Counted from the first letter of the stretch, positions 18,343 through 28,897 are shown. The stretch: DNA of 64,000 nucleotides from Bacteroidales bacterium (GCA_017960545.1 JAGCYZ010000051.1:19784-83783), one strand, 5' to 3'. The notes: generated by a model from the letters alone, not told the origin. Program-made: numbers and translations.

Positions 18343-18873
18343 CTATTTCTCGTTAGGGTGAAGTTTCTGGTAGAACCCGGCAGAATTTACCAGGCCGTTG
18401 AAATCGCTCCTCCTGATATGGACAGCGCGGATATAACCGTCCCTCTCCAGGCTGAATTCCAGCATTTTGGTGAACAGGAACTGCCTGGTGGTCACCTTTA
18501 CCGTTTCCCATTGGTCGTTGGGATACGCCAGGCTCAGGCATCCCTGAACCTCAATGGTCTGGCCTGCCGGCTGTTTAAGGTGTTCTTTCAACTGGTTGAG
18601 GGTAACCATAGATTCTGCGAGGGTTTCCCCGAGGGGGATGAACAGCTCAAAAACGGGATCCACCTGGAACTGGATGATATCGTCACCAATCCCAAGATGT
18701 CCTACTGAAAGGTAATACCGGCCGTTGTCTTCCATCTGGAGAACCTCCAGCTGGGTTTCGCCGTCATTAATTTCAAGTTCTACAATTTCAAGCCTCTGGC
18801 GCAGTGCGGAATTCTGGGCAAAAGAGAACAGCGTCACGCACGCTAGGCAAAGTGATATAAAATACTTTTTCAT
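18343..18873 (-). CDS. Hypothetical exported protein
   Basis: 176 aa with a Sec signal peptide ending SFA-Q. Confidence 0.7.
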   Translation of the reverse strand: MKKYFISLCLACVTLFSFAQNSALRQRLEIVELEINDGETQLEVLQMEDNGRYYLSVGHLGIGDDIIQFQVDPVFELFIPLGETLAESMVTLNQLKEHLKQPAGQTIEVQGCLSLAYPNDQWETVKVTTRQFLFTKMLEFSLERDGYIRAVHIRRSDFNGLVNSAGFYQKLHPNEK

Positions 18874-18986
18874 ATTCTGAATAATGTGTTAATTCCTAAT
18901 TACCTGGCAAATATACATATTTCCAAAGAGCATACCACGATGAAAACGAAAAATGCCCTGGGGGGATTAGCTCCAGGACATTTATG

Positions 18987-19057
18987 AGGTGCGTAGCGGA
19001 ATCGAACCACTGTGACAGGTTTTGCAGACCTGCGCCTAGCCACTCGGCCAACGCACC
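18987..19057 (-). tRNA. tRNA-Cys (GCA), CCA end not encoded
   Basis: GGTGCGTTGGCCGAGTGGCTAGGCGCAGGTCTGCAAAACCTGTCACAGTGGTTCGATTCCGCTACGCACCT folds as a cloverleaf; upstream TATATTTG box and downstream hairpin with U-tract. Confidence 0.95.
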
Positions 19058-19099
19058 GTTGGGACTGCAAATATAAGGGATTTTGATCTAATTGCAAAT

Positions 19100-20596
19100 T
19101 TATTTTAAGGGGGATTCAAAGAGGAGCGGCTCACCCGTCACAGGGTGACGGAATTCCAGGCGCGAGGCGTGGAGGGCGAGCGGAGCGTCCAGCGTGGAGG
19201 GATCGCCGCCGTAGAGCCGGTCACCGGCGATGGGGCGGCCCAGGCCCAAAGCGTGGGCAGCGTGGACGCGGAGCTGATGGGTCCGGCCCGTGAGCGGCTC
19301 GAACTCGATGTCGGTGCTGCCGTCACGCCTGTGACGGAGCACCCGATAGCGCGTAAGCGCCGGCTTGCCGGACTCCCAATCCGCCATCTGGCGGGGACGG
19401 TCGTAGTAATCCGGCGACAGCGGGATGCTGATCTCGCCCTGGTCTGCCGGAAGTTCGCGGCCGGGCTGGAGGCGCGCCTGGTAGCGCTTGCGCACTTCCC
19501 CATCCGCGAACTGACGGTGGAGTGCGGCCTGCCCGGCGGCGCTCCTGGCAAAGACCATCAGGCCTGATGTGTCCATATCCAGCCTATGGCAGGAGAAGAC
19601 CTCCGCCCCGGTCAGTTTCTCCAGGGCGCTGACCATGGAATGCGATACGTAGCGCCCCGGGGCTGCGAGCATCCCGGAGGGCTTTTCCGCCACAATGATA
19701 TGATCGTCCTGGAAGACTATGCGGGGCTCGCGCGAGCAGAGCTTGTTCAGAGGGTTTTCTTCGACATCCAACCCTTGGAGCATGAACTCCAGGAGCGGGC
19801 CGCACTTGCCGGTGCAGGAGGGGTAGAAGCGCCCCTGCGCGCGGACTTCTCGGCGCGGGGATGCTCCGTACCAGAACTCCCCCATCGCCAGCGGCTTCAA
19901 TCCGTGCGAGTAAGCATACTGGAGCAGCTTTGGCGCTGCGCAGTCCCCCGTTCCACCCGGCGGCACCAGGCCTCGGCGTGCGAAAACCTCCTTTATGGAA
20001 ATGGTCTCCCCCAGTGCGTTGGATACCATATAATGTTCGAATATCCAGTCCTGCAGCTCCACCGACAATGCGTGCCGCTCCCGCTCCAGCGCCTCGCAGA
20101 TATCCCCCTTAGGCTCATTGTCATCCTGAGGCTCATTGTCATCCTGAGGCTCATTGTCATCCTGAGGCTCATTGTCATCCTGAGGCTTGCCGAAGGATCT
20201 AGATTCTTCGCTTCGCTCAGAATGACAAGCGGCGGAGCCTGCTTTGAGGCAATTTTCAACAGACGCCTCTGTCCGGAGCGATTCAAGCCGTTCATTGATA
20301 TCAGTAATCCTGGCCTCGACGGCGCGGTAATACCCTCCCGGCTCCGTCAGGTCAAAGATAGGTGGAACGAAACCCTCCACCAGGGCGCTGCCTCCGGCCA
20401 CGCCGGAAAAGCCGTAGAGCACCTGGGTGCTCCCGGCGGCATCCTGCACCAGCAGGGCGCCCATCATCTTGCCTTCAGAGAACAGCCCCCGCAGGTAATC
20501 GGAGGCGTCAATGCGCTCAATGAGCGCAGCCGCCGCCTCCCGGATAAGCGGGTGCGGGACATAGCAGAACGGATATGTGAACTTCTCCGGAAGCAC
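19100..20596 (-). CDS. RluA-family pseudouridine synthase, carrying a repeat insertion
   Basis: KPSGML, HRLDMDTSG, TGRTHQLRVH, LHA; N-terminal GKMMG...GDCAAPKLLQYA extension. Confidence 0.92.
   Translation of the reverse strand: MLPEKFTYPFCYVPHPLIREAAAALIERIDASDYLRGLFSEGKMMGALLVQDAAGSTQVLYGFSGVAGGSALVEGFVPPIFDLTEPGGYYRAVEARITDINERLESLRTEASVENCLKAGSAACHSERSEESRSFGKPQDDNEPQDDNEPQDDNEPQDDNEPKGDICEALERERHALSVELQDWIFEHYMVSNALGETISIKEVFARRGLVPPGGTGDCAAPKLLQYAYSHGLKPLAMGEFWYGASPRREVRAQGRFYPSCTGKCGPLLEFMLQGLDVEENPLNKLCSREPRIVFQDDHIIVAEKPSGMLAAPGRYVSHSMVSALEKLTGAEVFSCHRLDMDTSGLMVFARSAAGQAALHRQFADGEVRKRYQARLQPGRELPADQGEISIPLSPDYYDRPRQMADWESGKPALTRYRVLRHRRDGSTDIEFEPLTGRTHQLRVHAAHALGLGRPIAGDRLYGGDPSTLDAPLALHASRLEFRHPVTGEPLLFESPLK
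20111..20280. repeat. Intragenic palindromic element copy 2: three 18-bp units, 55-bp core and half of a second module
   Basis: Core 20173-20227; unit TGTCATCCTGAGGCTCAT; 20230-20280 is similar to 21690-21740. Confidence 0.92.
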
Positions 20597-20598
20597 GG

Positions 20599-22017
20599 CT
20601 ATTCCACGTAAAGCAGAAGCCCCTTCAGATACTCCCCTTCCGGATGATAGATATTGACTGCATGGTCTGCCGGCTGGTTGAGCCGGTCAAGGATACGGAC
20701 GCGCCGGCCTGTCTGCGCCGCGGCTGAGAACACCGCCAGCGCAAAGTCCTCTTTGGTAACCACCTGCGAGCAGCTGAAGCAGAACACCAGCCCGCCGGGC
20801 GCCACCTTGGCGATAGCGGCCGCGTTGAGCCTCTGGTATGCCCTGAGGGCATTCCCCAGGGCTCCGCGGTGCTTGGCAAAAGCCGGCGGATCCACAATTA
20901 TCAGATCGTATTTATCCTGCGGCGAATTGCGCAGGAACTCTATGGCGTCCGTGCAGAAACTCTCGTTCATGGAGGCATCGAAGCCATTCAGCTCCACGTT
21001 CCTGTCCACCAGCGCCAGCGCACGGGCCGAACTGTCCACAGAATCCACGTGAAGGGCGCCGCCGGCCAGCGCGTAAATGGAGAATCCTCCGGTATAGCAG
21101 AACAGGTTCAGCACGCGCCTTCCGGCGGCCATCCTGCCCACCAGGGCCCTGTTCTCCCTCTGATCCAGGAAGAATCCTGTCTTCTGCCCTTCCGTCCAGT
21201 TGACGATGAACTTATGCCCGTTCTCCAGCACCACCTGGCTCTGGTCCTCGAAGCCCTGAGCCTTGTAAAGATAACCGTCCACGAGTTCCAGCCCCGCCTT
21301 GAACGGCGCCGTCCCGGAACTCTTGTCGTACACTGCCTTCAGGGCATCGCCATACACCGCTTTCAGCGCATCGCAAATCTGCTTCTTTGCCCGGAACATC
21401 CCCACCGAATGCGCCTGCATCACGCACACCCCGTCATAATAATCAATGATCAGCCCCGGCAGATTATCTCCCTCCCCGTGCACCAGCCTGTAGCAATTGG
21501 TCACCTCTTTGCCAGTCCTGTCATCCTGAGGCTCTTTGTCATCCTGAGGCTCTTTGTCATCCTGAGGCTCTTTGTCATCCTGAGGCTTGCCGAAGGATCT
21601 AGATTCTTCGCTCCGCTCAGAATGACAAGCGGCGTAACCAGCTTTGTCGGTACTGTCGGAGGACAGAGATGTCTGTTGGAAAGTGCTTTCGGCGGAGCCT
21701 GCTTTGTGGCACTTTCCAACAGACATCTCTGTCCGGAGCGCCAACCCAGCAGCAACTCGCACAGAAAGAGCACGACGAAGCGAAGTCTCCCAGAAATCTG
21801 CCGGAAGGGTGTCATACTCAAAACTGAGGACACGTACGGCGATAGAGCCTATCTGGTAGTGCCCGATGGCCAGGAAAGAGCCGTCGGCGGCATAGACGGC
21901 AACGACGTCGCCTTCCGCCGGAGAGCCCTGGATTTGGGCGATGGCTCCGGAGAAGACCCAGGGGTGGAAACGCAGCAGCGATTCTTCCCTATTTCTTTTT
22001 AGGATGATTCTTACCAT
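20599..22017 (-). CDS. rlmI: 23S rRNA m5C1962 methyltransferase, RlmI family, carrying a repeat insertion
   Basis: HPWVFSG, YRLVHGEGD, GQKTGFFLDQRENR, VLNLFCYTGGF, DPPAF. Confidence 0.9.
   Translation of the reverse strand: MVRIILKRNREESLLRFHPWVFSGAIAQIQGSPAEGDVVAVYAADGSFLAIGHYQIGSIAVRVLSFEYDTLPADFWETSLRRALSVRVAAGLALRTEMSVGKCHKAGSAESTFQQTSLSSDSTDKAGYAACHSERSEESRSFGKPQDDKEPQDDKEPQDDKEPQDDRTGKEVTNCYRLVHGEGDNLPGLIIDYYDGVCVMQAHSVGMFRAKKQICDALKAVYGDALKAVYDKSSGTAPFKAGLELVDGYLYKAQGFEDQSQVVLENGHKFIVNWTEGQKTGFFLDQRENRALVGRMAAGRRVLNLFCYTGGFSIYALAGGALHVDSVDSSARALALVDRNVELNGFDASMNESFCTDAIEFLRNSPQDKYDLIIVDPPAFAKHRGALGNALRAYQRLNAAAIAKVAPGGLVFCFSCSQVVTKEDFALAVFSAAAQTGRRVRILDRLNQPADHAVNIYHPEGEYLKGLLLYVE
21519..21740. 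repeat. Intragenic palindromic element copy 3 (222 bp, 74 codons): three 18-bp units, core and a 26-bp-arm hairpin
   Basis: Core 21573-21627; unit TGTCATCCTGAGGCTCTT; perfect inverted repeat 21661-21686 / 21709-21734. Confidence 0.92.
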
Positions 22018-22666
22018 TTGTCTCAGGATTGGCCTCAGGGGCAGTCTGTGGCGGCGGCATCAGTTCCTCCGCATCAAGCGGATTCTTCTCACTTGCCAGA
22101 AGCTTGAGATACATCTCCCGGCAGACCCAGGCGTCAGTGGCGGCATAGCGCTTCTGGGCTTCGGACAGAGTCTCCGCCTCCCAGTTGGAAAGCTGCTGGG
22201 TCTTGGAAATGCGGAAGCCCAGGATTATGCACGCCATCTTCTTGACGCTCTTGTCCTTGATGCCGTACTCCCACACAATCTTCTGGAGGTCGATGAAAGC
22301 GGCCGGATGGAACTTTGAGTACCTTTGGAGGCCGCGGACGTCATCGGAAGTAGCCGCGCCAACCTTGGCAATCTTCTCATTGGCCAGGAGACGGCACAGC
22401 TTGGGAGTCATTCCCAGCAACTTGATCCTGAAAAGGAAAGCCTTGTCAGGGCCAGACAACTGCAGCAGCGACACTCCGTTGCTCTTCTGCGTCGGGGAGA
22501 AGGTGGGACGGGTCTCCGTATCAAAACCTATTACCTGCTGCCTGTTTAGGTAATCCAGGGCCCTGAGATATTTCAGGCCCTTCTTATCTATCACCTGTAT
22601 TTCACCCTGGAAACCTGCCATTGGCAGTTTTTCCATTTCTTCAGGCTTGATGCTGACTTTAAACAT
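21989..22666 (-). CDS. 3'-5' exonuclease (DEDDy, RNase D/WRN-like)
   Basis: GFDTET, LLQLS, SNWE...YAATDA. Confidence 0.9.
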   Translation of the reverse strand: MFKVSIKPEEMEKLPMAGFQGEIQVIDKKGLKYLRALDYLNRQQVIGFDTETRPTFSPTQKSNGVSLLQLSGPDKAFLFRIKLLGMTPKLCRLLANEKIAKVGAATSDDVRGLQRYSKFHPAAFIDLQKIVWEYGIKDKSVKKMACIILGFRISKTQQLSNWEAETLSEAQKRYAATDAWVCREMYLKLLASEKNPLDAEELMPPPQTAPEANPETNGKNHPKKK

Positions 22667-22737
22667 TTAAATTGCTGAGTACAGATGCAAAGATACATAA
22701 AAATCCATTATCTTTGTTTTTAATAGCATATAGTAAT

Positions 22738-23937
22738 ATGGTTGAAATATCATCAAGGACTCAGCAATTACCTGCTTCCGCAATCAGAAAGTTAGTTCCC
22801 TTCGCCGACGCCGCAAAGGCCTCCGGCGTAAAAGTGTATCACCTGAACGTAGGCGCCCCGGACATCAAGTCCCCTGACTGCGCCCTGGATGCCATTAAGG
22901 CAATCAATCTCCATCACGTATCCTATACCAACTCCGCAGGCCTCATTGAACTGCGCAGGGATATGATAGAGAAATACTACAAGAAAATAGGCATCGATGT
23001 TGGAATTGATGAGATTGTCATCAACGTAGCCGGCAGCGAGAGCGTAGAATTCGCCATCCAGATCACCTGCGACCCCGGAGACGAGATCCTCCTCATTGAG
23101 CCTTATTACACCAATTACTACACCCTGGCCTTCAAGTACGGCGTAGGCGTGAACGTAGTCCGCACCAACATCCGCGAAGGCTTCCGGGTACCGGGAATCG
23201 AGGAATTCGAGAAAGCCCTCACACCCCGTACCAAGGCCCTGATGATCAGCAATCCGGGCAACCCCACCGGCGTGGTTTACTCAAAGCAGGAGATGGAAAT
23301 CCTGGGAGAGTTCTGCCGCAGGCACAACCTCTTCCTCATCTCCGACGAGGTTTACCGCGAGTTCTGCTACACAGACGAGCCCCACTACTCCGCAATGAAT
23401 CTCAAGGGACTGGAGCAGAACGTCATCCTGGTAGATTCCGTATCAAAGCGTTACAACCTGTGCGGATGCCGTATAGGATGTACCATATCCCATAACAAAG
23501 ACGTGATGGCCGCAGTGGTCAAGCTGGCGCAGGCGCGCCTCTGCCCTCCTGTTCTGGGCCAGTACACTGCGCTGGGCGCCCTTGACGCCCCGCAGGAGTA
23601 CTTTGACCAGACAAAGGAGGAGTACATAGCCCGCAGGGACTGCGCCATTGAATGCCTCAACAAGATCCCAGGCGTGTTCACGCCAAAGCCGGACGGAGCC
23701 TTCTACACCATCGCGGAACTCCCCGTCGATGATGCCGAGGCCTTTGCCAAATGGCTCCTCACCGAGTTCCGCCTCGATGGAGAAACCGTAATGGTAACCC
23801 CCGCCGCATCGTTCTATCTTGACAAGAGTCTGGGCAAGCGGCACGTGAGGGTGGCCTACGTGCTTGAGGTTCCAAAACTCAAGCGCGCCCTTCACATCCT
23901 GGAGAAAGCGTTGGAAGCATATCCCAACAAATTGTGA
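22738..23937 (+). CDS. Class I/II PLP-dependent aminotransferase
   Basis: NPGNPTG, SDEVY, SVSKRY...GCRIG. Confidence 0.92.
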   Translation: MVEISSRTQQLPASAIRKLVPFADAAKASGVKVYHLNVGAPDIKSPDCALDAIKAINLHHVSYTNSAGLIELRRDMIEKYYKKIGIDVGIDEIVINVAGSESVEFAIQITCDPGDEILLIEPYYTNYYTLAFKYGVGVNVVRTNIREGFRVPGIEEFEKALTPRTKALMISNPGNPTGVVYSKQEMEILGEFCRRHNLFLISDEVYREFCYTDEPHYSAMNLKGLEQNVILVDSVSKRYNLCGCRIGCTISHNKDVMAAVVKLAQARLCPPVLGQYTALGALDAPQEYFDQTKEEYIARRDCAIECLNKIPGVFTPKPDGAFYTIAELPVDDAEAFAKWLLTEFRLDGETVMVTPAASFYLDKSLGKRHVRVAYVLEVPKLKRALHILEKALEAYPNKL

Positions 23938-23945
23938 TTGACTGA

Positions 23946-23977
23946 TAACGGAAACAAGCCTACCTTTGTTTCCGTTA
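23946..23977. promoter_or_regulatory. 12-bp inverted repeat overlapping a -7 box (operator or terminator)
   Basis: TAACGGAAACAA-N8-TTGTTTCCGTTA; contains TACCTTTG. Confidence 0.55.
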
Positions 23978-23990
23978 ATTGTTTAAAGCC

Positions 23991-24947
23991 ATGTCAGAAC
24001 ATCATCATCACCACGACCACGCGCACGTCCACCAGCTGGAGTCGCTGAACGGTGTTTACATATTTTCCATCGTCCTCAATTTATTGTTCGTAGCCGTGGA
24101 GGTTACGATGGGTTTCTTTAGCAATTCCCTGGGTCTCATTTCGGACGCAGGTCACAACTTGGGCGATGTTTTCAGCCTGCTGTTGGCAATGATAGCCTTC
24201 AAGCTGTCCACCAGCCATTCCACCAGGAGGTACACCTATGGATATAAGAAAAGCTCCGTTCTCATATCCCTGCTGAATGCCATAATACTCCTGGTGGCGG
24301 TAGGCGCCATTATCATTGAAAGTATCCACAAATTCTCCAATCTGGACGCCGCCGCCGTAAACGGCGCCGCAGTATCCTGGACCGCCGGCGTGGGAATCAT
24401 CATCAACGGCCTCACCGCTTGGTTGCTGTCGCGCAATTCCAAGCACGACATCAACACACGCGGGGCCTTCCTGCATATGCTGGCCGACACTCTGGTTTCA
24501 GTTGGCGTCGTGATTTCCGGAATAGCCATCACCCTTACCGGCTGGAATATCATCGACCCCATAGTCAGCCTAATCATCGCAGCCGTAATCTTGGTGAGCA
24601 CCTGGAAACTCCTTTCCGAAAGCCTCAGGATGAGCATTGACGCCGTGCCTGAAGAAATCGACCCCGACCAGATCAACCAGGCCATCTGCGCGTGCGAGGG
24701 CGTAAGCGACGTGCACCACGTGCACATCTGGCCCATCAGCACCACGGAAAACGCGCTCACCGCCCACCTGGTGATAAGCGACGTAGCCCGTATGCACGAG
24801 ATCGTAGAGACGGTAAAAGAAGAGCTGACCCACAGGGGGATCAGCCATTCTACTCTGGAAACTGAACTCGAAGGTTCAGAATGTGAAGACCGTGAATGCG
24901 GCGCGGTTCATCACCACCACCATCACCACGACCACGACGAGGACTAA
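23991..24947 (+). CDS. Cation diffusion facilitator (CzcD/ZitB-like)
   Basis: SDAGHNLGD, LHMLAD, HHVHIW; His-rich termini. Confidence 0.92.
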   Translation: MSEHHHHHDHAHVHQLESLNGVYIFSIVLNLLFVAVEVTMGFFSNSLGLISDAGHNLGDVFSLLLAMIAFKLSTSHSTRRYTYGYKKSSVLISLLNAIILLVAVGAIIIESIHKFSNLDAAAVNGAAVSWTAGVGIIINGLTAWLLSRNSKHDINTRGAFLHMLADTLVSVGVVISGIAITLTGWNIIDPIVSLIIAAVILVSTWKLLSESLRMSIDAVPEEIDPDQINQAICACEGVSDVHHVHIWPISTTENALTAHLVISDVARMHEIVETVKEELTHRGISHSTLETELEGSECEDRECGAVHHHHHHHDHDED

Positions 24948-25663
24948 ACCTTAAGCGCCGCCAGAATCAGATTCATAATTACGTAGGTTACAAGGCCCAG
25001 CAGGATCACCATTGACCAGTTGAGCCCGGTTGCGGCCACTATGGCCACTATCAGGACAAGGTCCACCGCAAAGGCGATGCGCTTGCGGTTTACGCTCACA
25101 GGGTCCTTCAGGGAGAACTTTGCGCTGAACATTGGCACCCTGCTCACCAAAAGGGCGCATAGGACCGCCGTCAGCACGGGGATGAACCAGTCGTTAAGGA
25201 CCCAGAGGGACAGGAATGATGCCGGCTCATAGGAAATGAAATAGCACAGCGAGCCGCAGATCAGTCCGCAAGAAGGCGCCGGCAAACCGGCAAAGTACTG
25301 CGGCCCTGATTCTTCCGTATTGTACCTGGCAAGGCGCAGAGCCGTAAAGAGCACAAGGACCGCGGGGATCCAGGCTATGGGCGGAAAGCCGAAGCTCACT
25401 GCCGCTTTCAGGTTCACCAGCATCATTGCCGGCAGAACGCCGAAACTCACCAGGTCCGCCAGCGAATCCAGCTCCTTGCCCATATTGGAATAAGCCTGAA
25501 GCAGACGGGCGGCAAAGCCGTCCAGGAAGTCGCAGGCCGCCGCCGCCAGCATAAGGTAGAAGGCCCTGTCAAGCCTTCCAGAAAAAGCGAAAATAACCCC
25601 CGCCGCCCCGCAAAGGAGGCTGACGGAGGTGATTATGTTTGGAATATGCTTCCGCAGACTCAT
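24944..25663 (-). CDS. pssA: CDP-alcohol phosphatidyltransferase (PssA-like)
   Basis: DFLDGFAAR...GKELDSLADLVSFG. Confidence 0.85.
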   Translation of the reverse strand: MSLRKHIPNIITSVSLLCGAAGVIFAFSGRLDRAFYLMLAAAACDFLDGFAARLLQAYSNMGKELDSLADLVSFGVLPAMMLVNLKAAVSFGFPPIAWIPAVLVLFTALRLARYNTEESGPQYFAGLPAPSCGLICGSLCYFISYEPASFLSLWVLNDWFIPVLTAVLCALLVSRVPMFSAKFSLKDPVSVNRKRIAFAVDLVLIVAIVAATGLNWSMVILLGLVTYVIMNLILAALKV

Positions 25664-26853
25664 TACCTGATTCCAAGTTTAGCCTTGATAGCTGCAGGGA
25701 CAGCATCCTTGTGGAATACAAGGTCCAGGGTCTGAGCCCTTACGTAGGCCTCGGATGCGTACCAGATTCCGTCGTATTTGCCGGTGATGCCCCAGGAATT
25801 CTTGACCATATAGTACTTGTTGCCCCACTGGTCCTTTGCGATTCCAAAGATCTGCATTCCGTGGTCGTCAGTCATTGTCTTGTTGTCGAAGTCAATCTGG
25901 CGGGTCTCCTGGGTTACCTTCTTCTCTACGGGAACGATGACAGGCTGGTTGCTGTTGTCAACGCCCACCCAGTGTGCCTGGTCTGATCCGGCGGCAGCGG
26001 TTGCCTGTGCATCCACCCATATTGCAAGGCCGTCGCGGGTGAATCCGGCATCGGAAACGTCAGCACCCCAAGCGGCGGTGTAGCCGGCCTCGAGGGCTGC
26101 GTCAAGGGCCTGCATAAGCTCGTCGATTGGAACGTTGTATGCCTTGTCCCAGCGCCAGTTGTCGCAGATCTCAATTGCGAACTGGGTGTAGAACGGGTGA
26201 TGGGAGAAGGAAGTAATGGAAACGTAGTCGTCCGGGTTGATCTTGAGGGCGTCGCGGTAAGACTCCGGAGTGTAGGTCTTTCCGTCAACGGTGAAGGTCT
26301 CCGGCCAAGCGCCCAGATATTCGTCCAGAATGGCCTTGAAACCGCGCTTCCAGGCGGTTGAAAGGGTGTTGTTGGGGTTGCGCACCACTGCGCCCACATA
26401 GGCCTTGAGAACGGCGTCAAGCTCGGACTGGCGGGGCAGTTCGGTTCCGTAGTTCATTCCGGTCATGGCTGCGTTGGGAACGATACCGTAGTCCCTGATA
26501 ACGTGAAGCACGTCGTCGGCCTCGCTGCCTGCACCAAAGGTGAGGTTGCCGTCCAGGCGGATGTACTTGTCCGCCCTGTCAAGGTATGAGTGGCTGACCA
26601 CGAAGAACTCGGAGAGGTCAGGATACTTAGCCTGGTCCTTGATTCCGTTGATGCGGATAACCTCTGACTCAAGGAATCCAATTGCGGAGAAAGCCCAGCA
26701 GGTTCCGCTGCTGGCCTGGTTCTTCACTGAAGTGATAGGGTTGGCCTTTACAGTCTCGAACTTGTAGTCCGGCCAGGCGATCCTGGCCTGCTGCGCATAC
26801 AGCGATGCGCTGAGGCAGAGCGCTGCGGCAAGGATAAAGAGTACTTTCTTCAT
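25663..26853 (-). CDS. C1 family cysteine aminopeptidase (PepC-like), exported
   Basis: QASSGTCW, DDHGM, KNSWG. Confidence 0.92.
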   Translation of the reverse strand: MKKVLFILAAALCLSASLYAQQARIAWPDYKFETVKANPITSVKNQASSGTCWAFSAIGFLESEVIRINGIKDQAKYPDLSEFFVVSHSYLDRADKYIRLDGNLTFGAGSEADDVLHVIRDYGIVPNAAMTGMNYGTELPRQSELDAVLKAYVGAVVRNPNNTLSTAWKRGFKAILDEYLGAWPETFTVDGKTYTPESYRDALKINPDDYVSITSFSHHPFYTQFAIEICDNWRWDKAYNVPIDELMQALDAALEAGYTAAWGADVSDAGFTRDGLAIWVDAQATAAAGSDQAHWVGVDNSNQPVIVPVEKKVTQETRQIDFDNKTMTDDHGMQIFGIAKDQWGNKYYMVKNSWGITGKYDGIWYASEAYVRAQTLDLVFHKDAVPAAIKAKLGIR

Positions 26854-26874
26854 ATGGTATTGTTCTAATAATAA

Positions 26875-26907
26875 CGGAGGGTGGCTCTAGGCAGAACTCA
26901 CCCTCCG
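26875..26907 (-). terminator. Probable terminator of gap
   Basis: CGGAGGGTG...CACCCTCCG stem followed by TTATTATT on minus. Confidence 0.6.
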
Positions 26908-26925
26908 ATATAAAGTGGTTTCAAA

Positions 26926-27942
<1,017 letters not shown>

Positions 27943-28056
27943 TTAAAAAATATTGAATAATAATTGTTTATCACTACTAAAGGGACTCGTCCCTAAATCC
28001 TCGCAAAATTAGAAAAAAATATACTAATTTCATATATTTGCATAAACAAATCTTCT

Positions 28057-28890
28057 ATGAAAATACTTATTACCAACGACGACGGTTACAAGGCACGCGG
28101 ACTGGAGGCCCTGATTGAGATAATGCGCCCCTTCGGGGACATTACCGTAGTGGCCCCCAAGTACCACCAGTCCGGTATGTCAATGGCTATTTCTTTGGGA
28201 TTCAAGCGCATAGCGGTCAAGCAGATCGCGCCAGACCGCTGGTACCTTGACGGTACTCCGGCTAGTTGCGTAAAGTTTGGGATAGACAACATCCTGCTTG
28301 GCGACAAGCGCCCCGACGTGGTGGTGTGCGGCATCAACCACGGCTCAAACGCGGCCACCGCCTCGCTATATTCCGGAACGCTGGGCGCCGCGCAGGAAGC
28401 GGCCGTCAACGGCATCGTGGGCATAGGCGTCTCCCTGGACGACTTCAGCCCCGAGGGGGACTTCACCGCAATCAAGGCCCTCTTCCCCGGCATCTTCAGG
28501 AAGATTATGGAGAACAACCCCCGCAAGAAAGGGGTTTTCTACAACATTAATTTCCCCAAGGCTTCACTTGCCGATATCAAAGGCATAAAGGTTGCCGGGC
28601 TGGGAAGCATCCACTGGGAAGAGGAGTACCAGGCCTTCGACCCTGACATTTATAGGAAAAGGGGCATCTACCTGCAGGATATGGGCATCTTCAATGTGGA
28701 GGAGCCAGAAGAGGGAGAGGAACTCTATATGATGACGGGTTACCCCGTTGAGAACGCCGGCAACGACGACACCAGCGACCACCGCCTCCTCAAGGACGGC
28801 TACGTTGCCATAGTGGCCCACAACATCCTCAATATGGATGCAGAAGAAAGCGAAAGGCTCAGATCGCTGCAGCTTGACGAGCTGCTCTGA
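28057..28890 (+). CDS. surE: 5'/3'-nucleotidase SurE
   Basis: ILITNDDG, GTPA, GINHGSN, YSGT. Confidence 0.92.
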   Translation: MKILITNDDGYKARGLEALIEIMRPFGDITVVAPKYHQSGMSMAISLGFKRIAVKQIAPDRWYLDGTPASCVKFGIDNILLGDKRPDVVVCGINHGSNAATASLYSGTLGAAQEAAVNGIVGIGVSLDDFSPEGDFTAIKALFPGIFRKIMENNPRKKGVFYNINFPKASLADIKGIKVAGLGSIHWEEEYQAFDPDIYRKRGIYLQDMGIFNVEEPEEGEELYMMTGYPVENAGNDDTSDHRLLKDGYVAIVAHNILNMDAEESERLRSLQLDELL

Positions 28891-28897
28891 CAATGAT

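Noticed and set aside
18987-19057. tRNA-Cys as an island integration site
   Set aside because: No duplicated tRNA 3' end and no integrase found in the window
20111-21627. Tandem TGTCATCCTGAGGCT units read as a CRISPR array
   Set aside because: The intervening 3-6 nt are identical within each locus, the units lie inside ORFs, and there are no cas genes in the window
19586-22002. Long plus-strand ORFs (341 and 377 aa, and 10982-11833) with VILRL repeats
   Set aside because: Antisense shadows of GC-rich genes and of the repeat element, with no family motifs
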